The notes below the pieces were generated by a model. It was not told where the DNA came from and made no database searches. It saw nothing but the letters and a program-made list of their open reading frames with translations. The position numbers were made by a program, and so were the translations under genes. Below are positions 30,829 to 30,856 of a stretch of 30,856 bases of DNA, piece after piece (position 1 is the first letter of the stretch; every line of letters begins with the position of its first letter). The stretch is from a virus, in IMG/VR virus record IMGVR_UViG_3300000116_000003, positions 1 through 30,856 of that record; one strand, given 5' to 3'.

Positions 30829-30856
30829 TTTTTTTGCTTTATTATAATATATATAT
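30752..30856. repeat. Terminal direct repeat, copy 2 (identical to 1..105)
   Basis: See feature 1..105. Confidence 0.9.

Noticed and set aside
1-30856. Lysogeny or mobile-element functions (integrase, repressor, att sites, transposase).
   Set aside because: No ORF shows tyrosine or serine recombinase, CI/Cro-like pair or transposase motifs by eye. The terminal repeat is a genome-closure feature, not att duplication. Small HTH proteins could still be missed without HMM searches.

Overview
The window is essentially one complete tailed dsDNA phage genome (Caudoviricetes). It has 30751 unique bp, plus a 105-bp terminal redundancy: bases 1..105 are identical to 30752..30856. It is AT-rich, and every credible gene is on the minus strand. 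Genes are tightly packed, and many stop/start pairs overlap as ATGA. Start codons lack Shine-Dalgarno sequences and there is a TTTG-N20-TAnnTTTG promoter, which suggests a Bacteroidota (Flavobacteriia-like) host; this is inference only.

Modules in transcription order (high to low coordinates):
- Early/replication, 30828->27752: NinG-like protein, OB-fold SSB-like protein, DnaB-like helicase, ECF-like sigma factor.
- DNA metabolism, 27670->22774: two PD-(D/E)XK nucleases, DUF262/ParB-like protein, DnaA-domain-IV-like HTH protein, DPPY methyltransferase, and many micro-ORFs.
- Packaging and morphogenesis, 22737->7968: terS, terL, tail proteins, tape-measure-like protein, XkdF-like protease, scaffold, major capsid, tube-like protein, portal, connector.
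- Three tandem paralogous fibre genes, 7919->2152.
- Lysis cassette, 2141->194.

Most notable observations:
1. A perfectly conserved 10-mer (ACGTTATATA on the coding strand) occurs six times, only between genes, with an upstream hexamer at fixed spacing. It is the likely promoter set of the phage's own sigma factor. Four copies sit 3-5 nt from the ATG, which implies leaderless mRNAs.
2. The portal gene is split by a frameshift that is exactly explained by a 5-bp tandem duplication.
3. A translationally coupled trio encodes DUF262, a DnaA-like HTH protein and a methyltransferase.
4. The SSB-like protein and the helicase both end in DLPF.
5. Several overlapping micro-ORFs fall below the ORF-track cutoff.

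All homology statements come from motif recognition by eye, not from database searches. No tRNA, CRISPR array, integrase or repressor was recognised.
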